Below the pieces are notes generated by a model, which was given only the letters and a program-made list of their open reading frames with translations, was not told the origin of the DNA and ran no database searches. From Hormiphora californensis (taxonomy: Eukaryota > Animalia > Ctenophora), in contig CM035351.1 of the NCBI GenBank assembly GCA_020137815.1, forward strand, positions 8,184,001 through 8,248,000: a DNA stretch of 64,000 bases, given 5' to 3'. Position numbers and translations under genes: made by a program. Each line of letters starts with the position of its first letter. Positions within the stretch are counted from its first letter, which is position 1. Below, piece by piece: positions 24,130-37,041 of the stretch.

Positions 24130-25120
24130 ACTAGTGGGAAGGGAAATAATAACTGAAAAATTAAATTTTCCCGCATCTCATAAAACGAAATATTTGGGGA
24201 AAAAGTGGGGGTTGGCATTTTGGGAAAAAGGGGCCCCCGGTGGGGGGGGAAAAGAAGGAGGGGGGGAGAAAAAGATGTGGGAGAGGGAAAAAAAAAAGGA
24301 AAAGGGAGTGGGAAGAAGGAAAGGGGAGAGAGAGAGAGGGAGAGAGAGGGGTGGGGCTGGGGGGAAAAAAAAAAAGGGAGGAAGAGAAAGGGAAAAGAAA
24401 AGGGGAAAAGGGGAAAAACCCGGGGGAAAGGGGGGAAAAAAAACACAAAAGGGGGGGCCCCCCCAGGGAGGGGGGTAAAAAAAAAGGGAAAAAGGGAAAA
24501 AAAAAAAAAGAGGGGAGGGAAGGGGAAAAATAAAAAAAGGGAAAAAAAAAAGCGAAGGGGGAAAAGGGGAAGGAAGGGGGAAAAAAAGAAAAAAAGAAAA
24601 AAAAAGGAAAAAAAAAGGGAGGAAAAAGAGAAGAAGAAAAAGAAGAAAAGAAAAAAAACTCCCGGAAGGCCGTTAAACTTGCTCAAAAAACAGGTTTCTT
24701 TCCCCCACCCCCTTAGCTTTTTTCCCCCCCAACCCCCCCCAAAAACTTCCCTTTTGCCATATTTTTTTAGCTAAGGTTTTTCCCTTCCCAAAAGTTTACC
24801 CGGGGCCCCCTATAATTTTCAAACATTAAAAAAAGGGATGGAGAAAAAAGAACGGGGTAAAAAGGAACCCCAAAATTTCCCCCCCCCCCCCCCCCCCCTT
24901 GAAAATTTAAAAAAAAAAAAAATTTAAAAGTTTTTAATCGAATAAAATTTTCCTTCCACGAAAACAATAATTGTTATAAAAAAATAAAAAGTTGAAATTT
25001 TTAATAAAAAACTAAACCAAAAAAACCCTTTTAAAAACTGAAAAAAGGGTCGAAAAAAAAATAAAACCCGAAAAAAAAAAGGAAAAAAAACCCAAAAACT
25101 AAAAAAACTCAAAAAAGGCT
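24130..25120. other. Homopolymer-run sequence, probable low-quality read or gap fill
   Basis: Purine homopolymer runs; spurious K/G/F ORFs. Confidence 0.8.
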
Positions 25121-25957
25121 CTCCCCGCTCTCTGTCTCCTTCTACCCCATCTAGCTCTCTGTCTCCCTCTACCCCAACTCTCTCTCTCCTAGTCCAGTCT
25201 ATTTCTTTTAGTTCTCAGTGTGCTTTCTCCCTCTCAAGAGATATTACTCTCGTGTGTATCACTGGCTATAATGCTCTCTAAGCATTTAAAAGAGTTATAG
25301 AGAGACAGAAAGACAGAGAGCGGGGGATAAATAAGTGACACGGACAGACTCTGTCCGACAGAGTACAGACAATTAGTAACATAAACAGAGAACCAAGTAC
25401 ACAGCTTTTTCACAGTCGACAGTAAAATATGTGGCGCTTACCAGCGCTAAAATACGAGACATGAACTTGTTATGAACTACAAGACATGAAAAAGATATGA
25501 ACTAGTTATGAACTACAAGACATGAACGGCAGGTGAGTAGAACTTCGCTCCTAATAAAAGGCTGCAATAAAAGGCTGCAGAAAAAGGCTGCAATAAAAGG
25601 CTGCAATAAAAGGCTGCAGAAAAAGGCTGCAGAAAAAGGCTGCAATAAAAGGCTGCAATAAAAGGCTGCAATAAAAGGCTGCAATAAAAGGCTGCAAGGG
25701 ATCACGTATCCAACTGGACTAAAGCAGGAGATAGACCGAATCGTCCTCCCCTAATAGTGTTTCGTATCACGTATCCGATACGGTATCGGCTGTAGAGAGA
25801 CCGAATCACTCGCCCCTAATTATAGTGATTCGTGTCACGTATCCAACTAGATTGAAATTAACAAGTTCATGTGTTGCCACGTTAGATATGAGTCTCATTA
25901 TCAATAAGTTGATGTAATAAATAGGGACAAATTGAGACTCGTTGATTTTATTTCAGG

Positions 25958-26004
25958 AATAACTCGACGTTTCGCCGTTCGACGGCATCATCAGGATAAT
26001 CTCA
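25958..26004 (-). ncRNA. Minimal hammerhead ribozyme-like motif (Penelope-type), mirror copy
   Basis: Reverse complement of the motif at 26093-26140 within a 290-bp palindrome. Confidence 0.6.
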
Positions 26005-26092
26005 AATTAATTTGTTTAAAGTAGTGTTGAAAAGTTTGAAAAATTTGAAACAAACTTTCAAACTTTTCAACACTACTTTAAACAAATTAATT

Positions 26093-26140
26093 TGAGATTA
26101 TCCTGATGATGCCGTCGAACGGCGAAACGTCGAGTTATTC
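26093..26140 (+). ncRNA. Minimal hammerhead ribozyme-like motif (Penelope-type)
   Basis: CTGATGA-T-GCCG[TCGAA]CGGC-GAAACGTC followed by AATAAA; stem I is weak. Confidence 0.6.
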
Positions 26141-27159
26141 CTGAAATAAAATCAACGAGTCTCAATTTGTCCCTATTTATTACATCAACTTATCCAACTA
26201 GACCATAGGCGATAGAGAGACTGAGATAGAGAGCGAGTACGAGTGAGAACTGAGATAATGAAAAATCAGAATCACGGTATGGTATCACGTACCATGGTAT
26301 CCTGTAATGAAAAGCGGTTACCAATTGACAATGAGACCTCATCGGTCCCGATACGTGATTCTCTACCGCTATGGATTCTCCATTAGTCTTTCCGTATCGA
26401 TCCACGATTCAGTAGAGGTAGTCAGTAACTACTGAGAGTGTTGGTCTAATGAGGTAGGGTAGATCTATTAATTGAGCGTGTAGCACAATGACAGGTGAAC
26501 CACTCAACCACTTGGTTCACCTATCATAGTATTATGTGTGATTCCGCTCTACTGAATTGTGTACATTTAAAAGACTATTGGCGAATAACGGTAGAAAATC
26601 AGTAATCACGTATTGGCACCGATTAGGTCAAATTATAGGTAACCGCCTTTCATTTAATTAATTAGAGGATATCATGAAACGTGATACAATACTTGATTAG
26701 TCCTCCATGATACGGATCTCTCACTCTCACCTCTCTAACTCTCTATCTCCGTCTATCTACCGCCTATGGTTTAGTTGGATACATGGCACGAATAACTATA
26801 ATTAGGGACGGGTGATTCGGTCTCTCTACCGCTTATGGTAGAGACCGATACGTGAAACGAAACACTATTAGGGGAGGACGATTCGGTCTATCTCCTGCTT
26901 TAGTCCAGTTGGATACGTGATCCATTGCAGCCTTTTATTGCAGCCTTTTATTGCAGCCTTTTAATGCAGCCTTTTATTGCAGCCTTTTATTGCAGCCTTT
27001 TTCTGCAGCCTTTTATTGCAGCCTTTTATTAGGAGCGAAGTTCTACTCACCTGCCACATGAACTAGTTATGAACTACAAGACATGAACTTGTTATGAACT
27101 ACAAGACATGAACTAGACATGAACTACAAGACATGAACTAGTTATGAACAGTGTCTACC

Positions 27160-28310
27160 AACACGAACCGAGTTGAGCATGTGTTTGATGTTGGTCATCA
27201 CATAAAACTTGTCCTTCCTCTGCAGGGCATTGTATAGCGGGGAGAACTCATCCACATTGTTAGCCAGATCGGAGTCGAAACTAGAGGTAGACTCCAGATC
27301 CACATCTCGTATAACATTATCAAGAGTCAGCTGGGGTATAGCGAACTGGGGCATGATTGCCGTATACTCCTTGTGTTTAGTACTATATTTCCCTTTCCGG
27401 GTTGTAATGGATGTCTCCACTTCATGTTCCTCTATGACCTGGTTCTGGTGCAGGTGGTGGAGATCTGCTGGAGGTGGCCGGTGCCTCCGGAGAGGCCGAC
27501 TTTCCGGTGGAGGATATCTTTTTCCGAGGCATTTGGAGGAGGGTCTCTGTGGACTGTGCAGCTACAAGGTATACAACACACGGGGAAGGGGTAGGCAACG
27601 TTATGTCACCACCCAGAGAGAGAGAGGCTCGGGATATATTTATTAGATGAGCCAAGCACGGGAAGCAGGAATAGAGGTAAGTAGCAATATATATAAGAGG
27701 AGCGGGCCGGGTGATGATCAAACCAGGTGCGTGATAACATTTCATTTCCAGGTCATTGGACCGTATAACAAGTTACTGAGCGGTGAGCAATTTCACAAGG
27801 TCTGGAGATTACAGCAAACTTGGGTGAAGTCCAATAATACAATATCAGGATGATTGAATAGAGAAAAGTGTAAACTAAACTGTTAGCATAAATCATGCAA
27901 GATCGAAAAATAATCCAGTTATTAACGGAACTCCCATGGTTCGTCACATGATGAAACTTGTAGTGTTCAAGACTCATCATGTCTCTCATCATGTGTGCAA
28001 GTTGTACACTATATAGGAACAAGACTATGCAAAGTCCCTGACAGATTAAACAACAACAACTGGACTAAATAACTGATACAAACTACATCAGACTTCAGAG
28101 ACAAGGAAGCAGAGCAGAGAAACAGAGAGTACTTACCTCTATAACTGGTATAGTAGAAGAAGCTTGGAAGGGAGAGAGAGCGAGGCTGAGGCCACTTGTT
28201 AAACTAAAAATAGGAAGATTTGGGGATTTAGTGGCTGCGGTAATTGTGTGTGTGTGCGTCGATCAAAGGGTAAAATTGTAGTGTCCACAGTTTGAGAGAG
28301 AGATAGAGAT

Positions 28311-28384
<74 letters not shown>

Positions 28385-28605
28385 AGGGAGAGAGGGAGAG
28401 GGAGAGGGAGAGAGGGAGAGGGAGAGAGGGAGAGGGAGAGGGAGAGGGAGAGGGAGAGGGAGAGGGAGAGGGAGAGGGAGAGGGAGAGGGAGAGGGAGAG
28501 GGAGAGGGAGAGGGAGAGGGAGAGGGAGAGGGAGAGGGAGAGAAAAATAGAGATCACTTGTTGTCCAGTCGAGTAGGAAGCTGTAGTCGGTCCCAAGAAG
28601 GTCCT
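27160..28605 (-). CDS. Fragments of an unidentified multi-exon gene (candidate exons ~28603-28555, ~28030-27640, 27561-27160), possibly a membrane protein
   Basis: ~130-codon open frame after a TTGTAG acceptor at 27561; hydrophobic Cys-containing segment upstream with probable frameshifts. Confidence 0.35.
28293..28542. repeat. (AG)n / (AGAGGG)n microsatellite
   Basis: Direct reading. Confidence 0.9.
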
Positions 28606-28960
28606 GTAATGAGGGAGATTAATTAAAGAGGGGCATCTAAATTCTCCTTCCCATTGTTTAGTCAGTTAGGGGGCTAAACACAAGACACACGCTGTGGTTG
28701 GTTGAAAAAAAACGCAAGCGAGATTAACAAAGATCGAATGGGGGTCACCAAATTCGCTGCAAATTATGTACATAGTACAGTCTCTTCTTTTTTACCACGA
28801 TTTACCAACTACAAACACAATAACTTAATTCTTGATCATCATCATCATCTCTGATTCTGTCCCTCTCTCTCTGTCTCAACACAGCAAGAAAGATAGAGAT
28901 AACTCAATGACAATTGACAACGGTTTCTCCGAGGATCACATGATATTATCTCTCTCCTGT

Positions 28961-30373
28961 TTAGGATTTCACAGCACGACGAGGCTGTTTTTCCTCTTGA
29001 TAAGACTTGATCCTATCCTCGATCTCGCCCCGGAAGTGCCTGATTAGCCCCTGGGCAGGCCAGGCTGCCCCATCGCCCAGAGCACAGATGGTGTGTCCTT
29101 CGACCTGATAAGAAATCTCGTTCAACATATCAATCTCCTCCAGGTTGGCCTTGCCCTCAGCCATCCTGTACAGGATCCTGGCCATCCATCCTGTTACCCT
29201 TCTCTACAGGGGGTGCACTGGCCACAACTCTCATGCTGATAGAAGTGCATTAGCCGGGCAATACACAGAATGATGTCAGCCTGCTTGTTCATCACAATCA
29301 AAGCAGCTGTTCCTAGGGCAGTTTTAGCTTCTACAAGAGCATCGAAATCAGTCAGCACGGTCGAACAGACATCGAAGAGGTATGACGGGGGTGGAGCTAC
29401 CACCAGGGATGAACACCCAAGCAAGTTATCCCAGCCTCCAATTACACCTCCTGCGTGTTTCTCAATCAGATCCTTCAAAGGGATGCTCATCTCTTCCTCT
29501 ACGGTGGTAGGGGTGTTCACATGACCAGATATGTTGAAGAGTTTCGTGCCATGAGTTCCTTTCTCGTCCGAATGATTTAAACCAGTCGCCGCCTCGTCGA
29601 CAGATTGTAGGAGCGACAGCGATTGTTTCCACGTTGTTGACAGTAGTGGGACAACCAAATACACCAACATCAGCGGGGAAGGGAGGCTTCAGTCGGGGTT
29701 TTCCCGCCTTACCCTCGATACTTTCAATGAGAGATGTTTCTTCACCACAAACATATGCTCCTGCTCCTCGGTGGATGTAAATATCGAAATCGTAGCCCGT
29801 CTCACAGGCATTCTTTCCGAGGTACCCTTTAGCGTATGCCTGGTTAATTGCAGCCATCAGATTGGATGTCTCATGGTAGAATTCTCCCCGAATGTAGATG
29901 TACGCAGCACGTGCTCCCATCGCAAATCCAGCCACAAGACATCCCTCAACTAGTTTGTGTGGGTCATGCCTCATGATCTCCCGATCTTTGCACGTTCCAG
30001 GCTCACCCTCGTCAGCATTAACGACAAGATACTTGGGTCGACCATCGTCTGGCTTGTTCATGAAGCTCCATTTGAGACCTGTTGGGAAACCAGCACCTCC
30101 ACGTCCTCTCAAACCTGAGGCTTTGATCTCGTCGACAATCCAAGGCCCACCCTTTTGGATGATATTCTTGGTTTTGTACCAGTCACCGCGTGCTTCCGCT
30201 CCCTCGATTCCCCAGTCGTGTCGGCCATAAAGGTTTGTGAAGATCCTATCTTCATCCTTTAAGTTTCCATAATATTCTTTAGCGTTGGCGAGAGTTTGGG
30301 ATGTCGCGAATCCTCGAGTCAACGCCACTCGACCCGAGTGAGTGAGGAGAGATGTGACTCTGCCGTTGAGCAT
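28961..30373 (-). CDS. NDUFV1: NADH dehydrogenase flavoprotein 1 (complex I 51 kDa), intronless, with ~6 single-base insertions
   Basis: [72 protein letters not shown]; frames shift at ~29551, 29380-29420, ~29195. Confidence 0.95.
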
Positions 30374-30824
30374 ACCACGAGTTACATAAACTACAAAGGA
30401 ATGGAGGTTTGATATATCAAATTGAATGGGCATTGGGCTCGCTGTACTGCAGTGGTTCACCAGGGTGGATTTGGACGTTTTTAATATTTCGACAGGATGC
30501 ATTGGTAATCCGTAATTGATTTACAGAATAAACAACTTCTTCGGCTGCCATTTCTCACAGCATATATTTGAAAATTAGATTCACACGAGAAAAGGTCATC
30601 TAACATCCGTGGACTGCGACCTGACACAGATAGCAAAAGAAAAAAAACTTTAAAAAAATCGAACAAAGTTTTTTTAAAGTTCAGCAAAAACTTCAAAAAG
30701 TAAAATTCGGGATTTTGAATGATATTTATGCGCTGCAATAAATGTAACGCGCAACAATAAATCATTTATATCTGCATTTACGCGCCGCGCGATAAAAGAT
30801 ACTTCAGTTTTAGAAAATCCAACT

Positions 30825-31906
30825 TAAAGTCGAATTTTTTAATCAAGGGACAGGGGGCCCTCCTTCACCGTTTCCAGCCCTCACCGCCCTTTTTCCTGTC
30901 CGTGGTTTCCATCTACTTCCTCTCTCTGAGTTGCATCTCTCCGTCAGTCCCCTGTCCCCTGTCCCCGACAGCCAGGCTCCACCGACACTCCGCTTCCTTC
31001 TCGTCGTCTCCACCGCTGGTCTGGACTCCTCCATCTCCCTCCTCGTTCCAGCCCCCCCCCCCCCCCCCCCCTTTTTGATCCGGATCATCGTCTCGCCTCT
31101 TGCTCTTCTGGTACTCTCACCTTTTCCATTCCTCACCTCTGGCCCTCCTTCATCTCACCCTTTTCTCCAGACCTCGCTGCCCTTTCCCAGGAACCCATCC
31201 CTAGCTGCTCTCAGTGCTCTTCGTCAGCCTCAGTCCTCCTTTACCTCCGGTCCCCCGCCTCCCGCACGTTGTCTTACTACCTCTATTCCCTTCTTCCTTT
31301 CCCCCTGTTTAAGTGCTCCCTCTCCACCTCACTGCTGTTCACCTCTCTCTTAGCATCGTGTTTCTCTCTCTCACCCTTCCACCCGGTCATTCCCACTCCC
31401 TTAACCACACTGTTCTCTTCTCCACTTACCACCAACTCTATCACTATGCACCCCCCCCCCATACACAGATACCTTGATCCCTTCTCCCTCCCCCATCTCC
31501 CTCCCCACTTCTCCAGATTTCCTCTTTTTTTTAACTATATTTATTTTTTGAGTGTGTTTTTAAATTATTAATTAAATTATTATTGTATTTTCTTGGGTCG
31601 GGTAACACCGACCTGAATCTTTTTTAAAACTTGTCTAAAAACTTGTCTAAAAACTTGTGGGGGCCGCACATTCAGAGAGGTCGCGCGGCGTTGTATTTGC
31701 GCGTGACAATCGAGATCAAGTTCCTGGCAATCTTAAGACTTGAACCCGGAAGCGTTGGAAAGATAATTTTAAGACCTTTTCAACGCAACCAAGATCAAGT
31801 ATTTATCTTATCAGGAAGAGAAGATATGAGCCAAAACATTTAGCACGCGCAAAAAGACTTTGTAAATGCGCGGCCCCCTGTCCCTTGATTAAAAAATTCG
31901 ACTATA
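30825..31906. mobile_element. MITE-like ends (TAAAGTCG family) around a low-quality C/T-rich interior
   Basis: AGTCGAATTTTTTAATCAAGGGACAGGGGG ... CCCCCTGTCCCTTGATTAAAAAATTCGACT; internal GTATTTGCGCGTGACA shared with the 9518 element. Confidence 0.6.
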
Positions 31907-31917
31907 TTGGGCGCCGT

Positions 31918-32072
31918 TAAAGTCGGATTTTTTGCAACTGTCACCCCCAAATGACCGCGCATGTGAAATTTATTAGTTTTGACGCGCACACCACACGTTA
32001 ACATGTGATGTGACACGCAAAAACATTCCGCGCACGAAAAGGGGGGTGACAGTTTCAAAAAATCCGACTTTA
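31918..32072. mobile_element. Short MITE of the TAAAGTCG family
   Basis: TAAAGTCGGATTTTTTGCAACTGTCACCCCC ... GGGGGTGACAGTTTCAAAAAATCCGACTTTA. Confidence 0.75.
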
Positions 32073-32692
32073 CGATCTGGGTGTTTGGAGGAAAACGTTA
32101 AAATCTGGGTGCCTTTCATTGCTAACAATTCGTAGTTTTGGCGCGCGCAACGGGGTAGGGCTATCCGTTAGGGTCTGGTTAGGGTTTGGTTTGGGGTTAT
32201 CGGTTAGGGCTATCGATTCTCTAACTGATACCGTTTAGTTTACTCAAATCGGCCATGTGGTTCCATGGCTATAGCCGTTTGAAAAAAGTCGGTCTAAGTA
32301 TACTCTTTTGGTAGCGCGCACCTGTAAACAGGCTGCAAGGCACCCAGATTATAATCGCGCCCGTGTTTGGAGGCCTGTTTACAGGTGCGCACTGCCAAAA
32401 ACCTTCTTTAGCTTTTGGCAAAAGCCTTTTGCGTCTCTTCTTTGCTCTTCTCCGCTTGTCAAAGGCTCTCAGATTGTCAAAAACTAAAGTCTGCTCGTGG
32501 GACTCAGAAGTCCGATCCCTATTCTGGGCCAGGGCTACACACCTAGGTCCTTCCTGTGAGGGTGTCACGCCCCCTGACCGCAGCAGACAGTTGATGCCTG
32601 ATGCCACTCCTGGCCCTGGACGCACGTCCCTGCTTTTGTCAACTTAATGTTAACTTTTTAACGATTCCTCGTAAATTTCGTAGGAGCCAGCC

Positions 32693-35600
32693 ATGTTTCC
32701 GCAGCGTATCAAGGCAGCCATTCCTCTTATTACGAGTGCGACCGCTTATCGGTCAATGGCTACCTTGGCTATCAGGCGAGAGACAATCAATGTGTGGGAG
32801 AGACGGGCACCACTAGCGCCGCATCATGTCAAAGAAATCATTGAAAGTGGTACAGATGTCCTGGTGCAGCCTTCCACCCGACGATCTCACTACATGCAGG
32901 AGTACGAGGAGGTCGGTGCGAAGATCACTGAGGATCTGTCGAGTGCAACCCATATTATCGGTGTTAAGGCACCCGATCCCGCTGAACTGATTGAGGATAA
33001 GGTAAATCACAATATCCATCCATTACTTAATTCCGACGAACATTCTAAATCGAGGCCCACCGAATGTGTTGCCTCTAGGGACACGTTCTAACTCACCTCA
33101 TTCATTCATTATTCAGTGCTACGCCTTCTTCTCGCACACGATCAAAGCCCAGCCGGAGGGTATGCCACTGCTAGATGAACTAATTAGAAAGAATATTACC
33201 CTTCTGGATTACGAGAAAATGACAAATGAAGATGGCACGAGGAACGTTGCTTTCGGACATTACGCCGGTGTTGCAGGTATGTTACTTTGTACAGTCCCCC
33301 TTCTCCTCTCTCGATTTATTGAACTAGTGATTAGTTTGAGTTGTATTCTAGTCTAACCACGATATAATAACTTCAGGGATGATAAACGTCCTTCACGGAC
33401 TTGGTCTCCGACTGCTCTCCCTGGGAGTCACATCTCCCTTTCTTCACATTGGCCTGGCCCACAACTACGATAAGGTGGCCGATGTGCACCCTGTATTGGC
33501 CAACATTGGAAAGAGCATGAGGAGGTTCAATCTACCCAGAGTGGTGGCTCCTCTTACTTTCTGCTTCACAGGCAGCGGGAACGTGTCTCAGGTACGGGCT
33601 GTCAACCTCCCCATTAAATTTAACCTAACTACATATTTTAGCTTTATTTTAGTTAACACCTCAATCCTCATGTAATTGAACCCTCCTAATGAGGGCCTCA
33701 TTCAATATAGGGTACTATTTTATTGAATAATGAATATTGAGGGTACAATTACATGGCACCTCACCTCACACACACACAGCAGCAATTCATTATACACCTG
33801 ATACAAAACCCTCAGGCGCTACTATTCTATATAGCTGAGTTTTCTATCTCTCTTACAGCAGCAACCAATGCTGAGCACTTCTTCTTACTTTACGCGGGTA
33901 AACACACACACACACGTCCTCTAACGGTGCATGTAAAGAATGATATGTTATAATATCTGCTGGAATTTGTGTAGAAACGAGTTTGCGTGCTTGCTACAAA
34001 CTCGATCAATTGAGATGAAGAGAATAATTGATGACAGGATTACAATTTGAGGGAAAGAGACTGACAACTGAATGAATGTTAATGAATGTGTTACTGTAAC
34101 ATGATACAGGATACATGTCACATGTGCTGATCTACTGTTTCAATACTTGTGATGCATCACTGATCACGATTCACGAGCAAATGTTCGATTGCTAACTGTG
34201 TATTGGAATCTTTGAATATATCCGTTATTACATCAGGGTTGTGGTTGCTATGGTAGCAACATGTCTGCTGCAGTGTCCCATGTTACGGATTGCTTGCCGC
34301 GTCCCAGTTCCATGTTGATCCTGTTCGAAAATGGAATGATAATTGCTTGTCGCATCACTCATAATATCCTTTGAATCACACATAGCATATTTTCAGGGAG
34401 CGAGGTCAGTGTTTGAGCACCTTCCACACGAGTATATTGATCCACTGGATATGCAGGAGGCATCCATTAATGGAGGTAAGTCAAGGGGGAGTATATTGAT
34501 CCACTGGATATGCAGGAGGCATCCATTAATGGAGGTAAGTCAAGGGGGAGTATATTGATCCACTGGATATGCAGGAGGCATCCATTAATGGAGGTAAGTC
34601 AAGGGGGAGTATATTGATCCACTGGATATGCAGGAGGCATCCATTAATGGAGGTAAGTCAAGGGGGAGTATATTGATCCACTGGATATGCAGGAGGCATC
34701 CATTAATGGAGGTAAGTCAAGGGGGAGTATATTGATCCACTGGATATGCAGGAGGCATCCATTAATGGAGGTAAGTCAAGGGGGAGTATATTGATCCACT
34801 GGATATGCAGGAGGCATCCATTAATGGAGGTAAGTCAAGGGGGAGTATATTGATCCACTGGATATGCAGGAGGCATCCATTAATGGAGGTAAGTCAAGGG
34901 GGAGTATATTGATCCACTGGATATGCAGGAGGCATCCATTAAGGGTACGCTAACCAAAATTTTTTTTCGAGTGCAGGGAAATCTCTCACCGTAGGGTTGT
35001 AGGCCATGCCAAGGAGACCTCAAATATGCAATTTGAGCTCTCAAGTCGAATTCATATTTTTGCTACAGCTGCTTGAAAAATGAACTGAAAATAAGTTTTT
35101 GGCATCTTAAAAATACATTTGTAAAGATAGGATCATAAAAATTTGTGGATTTGAAGAGGACAAAGAGGTGAGTAGCCACAAAAAATTTTTTTGAAATCCG
35201 AGCTGATTTCCGGTCCTGAGATGGATTTCTTTTTTTTGACTTTAACGCCCTATTTGGCAAAGTTCCGAAAACATGTGAAAGCTGTAAATTGGTGAAAAGT
35301 TGCGTCTAACGATTCTCTATATGGCCATAAATTTTGGGCGCGTCCTTATTTGAGGTGTGTCGTACAGAGTTTTTTTTTGTGAAAGCTGTCATTTCAGAAA
35401 TAAATAAATTCCCTGTATCTCAAAAACGGCTGATCGTAGAGACCTGAGACTATGCTTAAACGATTCAGAAGGTCCGATTTTGGGGGGGTCTTCTGAGAAA
35501 CATTTTGCTCCTACTTCAACCGTTTTTGCTGTAATTGCGAAAAACAAAAAACCATCTTCGCCATCGTGGATTTTTTTGTGATTTTGTTTTTGGTGATTAT

Positions 35601-36613
35601 AGGGACCCATATGGACCAAATAGTGAAGGAATTAGCTTGTTGCACATTTTTCCATAGTTTCGGTCCTTTCTTAGCTAAAATTCCCTAATTACAGGATATT
35701 GGAGTTTAGCTTTTGCCCTTTTCATAGAATTTGTTTTTCGCAATTACAGCAGAAACGGTTGAAGTAGGAGCAAAATGTTTCTCAGAAGACCCCCCCAAAA
35801 TCGGACCTTCTGAATCGTTTAAGCATAGTCTCAGGTCTCTACGATCAGCCGTTTTTTAGATACAGGGAATTTATTTATTTCTGAAATGACGGCTTTCACA
35901 AAAAAACTCTGTACGACACACCTCAAATAAGGACGCGTCCAAAATTTATGGCCATATAGAGAATCGTTAGACGCAACTTTTCACCAATTTACAGCTTTCA
36001 CATGTTTTCGGAACTTTGCCAAATAGGGCGTTAAAGTAAAAAAAAAGAAATCCATCTCAGGACCGGAAATCAGCTCGGATTTCAAAAAATTTTTTTGTGG
36101 CTACTCACCTCTTTGTCCTCTTCAAATCCACAAATTTTTATGATCCTATCTTTACAAATGTATTTTTAAGATGCCAAAAACTTATTTTCAGTTCATTTTT
36201 CAAGCAGCTGTAGCAAAAATATGAATTCGACTTGAGAGCTCAAATTGCATATTTGAGGTCTCCTTGGCATGGCCTACAACCCTACGGTGAGAGATTTCCC
36301 TGCACTCGAAAAAAATTTTTGGTTAGCGTACCCTTAATGGAGGTAAGGGACTGGGGGAGTGTGGTGTCATATAATAGGAGCTAAGTCTTGGTTTGTTCTA
36401 ACCCTCCTTTACTATAATTACGGTGGGAGAGGGTCGAGCAAGGCACGTCAAGGGACTTGGTGGGTGCTACACAATTTCACTATTACATCAGGAAGTATAA
36501 TAGTAGCGGGTGTAAGTGGTAGCATCTCAATATTCACCAGATCAATATAAAGTACACAAAGACCCCTATATTATTACACGTGTAGTCTCTACACACACAA
36601 CACTCTCTCACTA

Positions 36614-36653
<40 letters not shown>

Positions 36654-36977
36654 GGCAGATAGTTTTTGACAGTTTCCTTGTACAGCTGCTCTGGGTATAA
36701 AGGGATGTATTAGAACTAACAACTGTATATCCTGATTATATCCCTCTTTTACCCTCACTGCCTCTCTTTCTCGCCCTCACTCCCTCTATCTCTAACTTTC
36801 TTACTACTCTTTTTCTCTCTCTACCTCTCTCACTACCTCTCCCTCTCAGATCCTGGTATCTGCTACGCCACGATCCTATCCCGTAGCAATGCTATGATGA
36901 GGGTAGATGGAAAACCTTACTCTCCCGAGGATTATGCGGCAAACGGAGAACTTTACACCAACATATTCTCAGAGAAG

Positions 36978-37041
<64 letters not shown>

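Larger units (their letters stand above)
25528..27055. mobile_element. Non-autonomous foldback DNA transposon, ~330 bp TIRs with 13-bp subrepeats, 8-bp flanking duplication ACATGAAC, GG...CC ends (Merlin-like)
   Basis: GGCAGGTGAGTAGAACTTCGCTCCTAATAAAAGGCTGC... mirrored at 26760-27055; sits in an ATGAACTACAAGAC minisatellite. Confidence 0.8.

Noticed and set aside
28961-29670. Programmed frameshifting or pseudogene in NDUFV1
   Set aside because: Insertion-only clustered indels with conserved protein fit sequencing error better; not proven without reads
32150-32210. TTAGGG-like hexamers as interstitial telomere
   Set aside because: Few, degenerate, and enclosed by a short inverted repeat (AATCTGGGTGCCTT/AAGGCACCCAGATT), so likely a MITE interior
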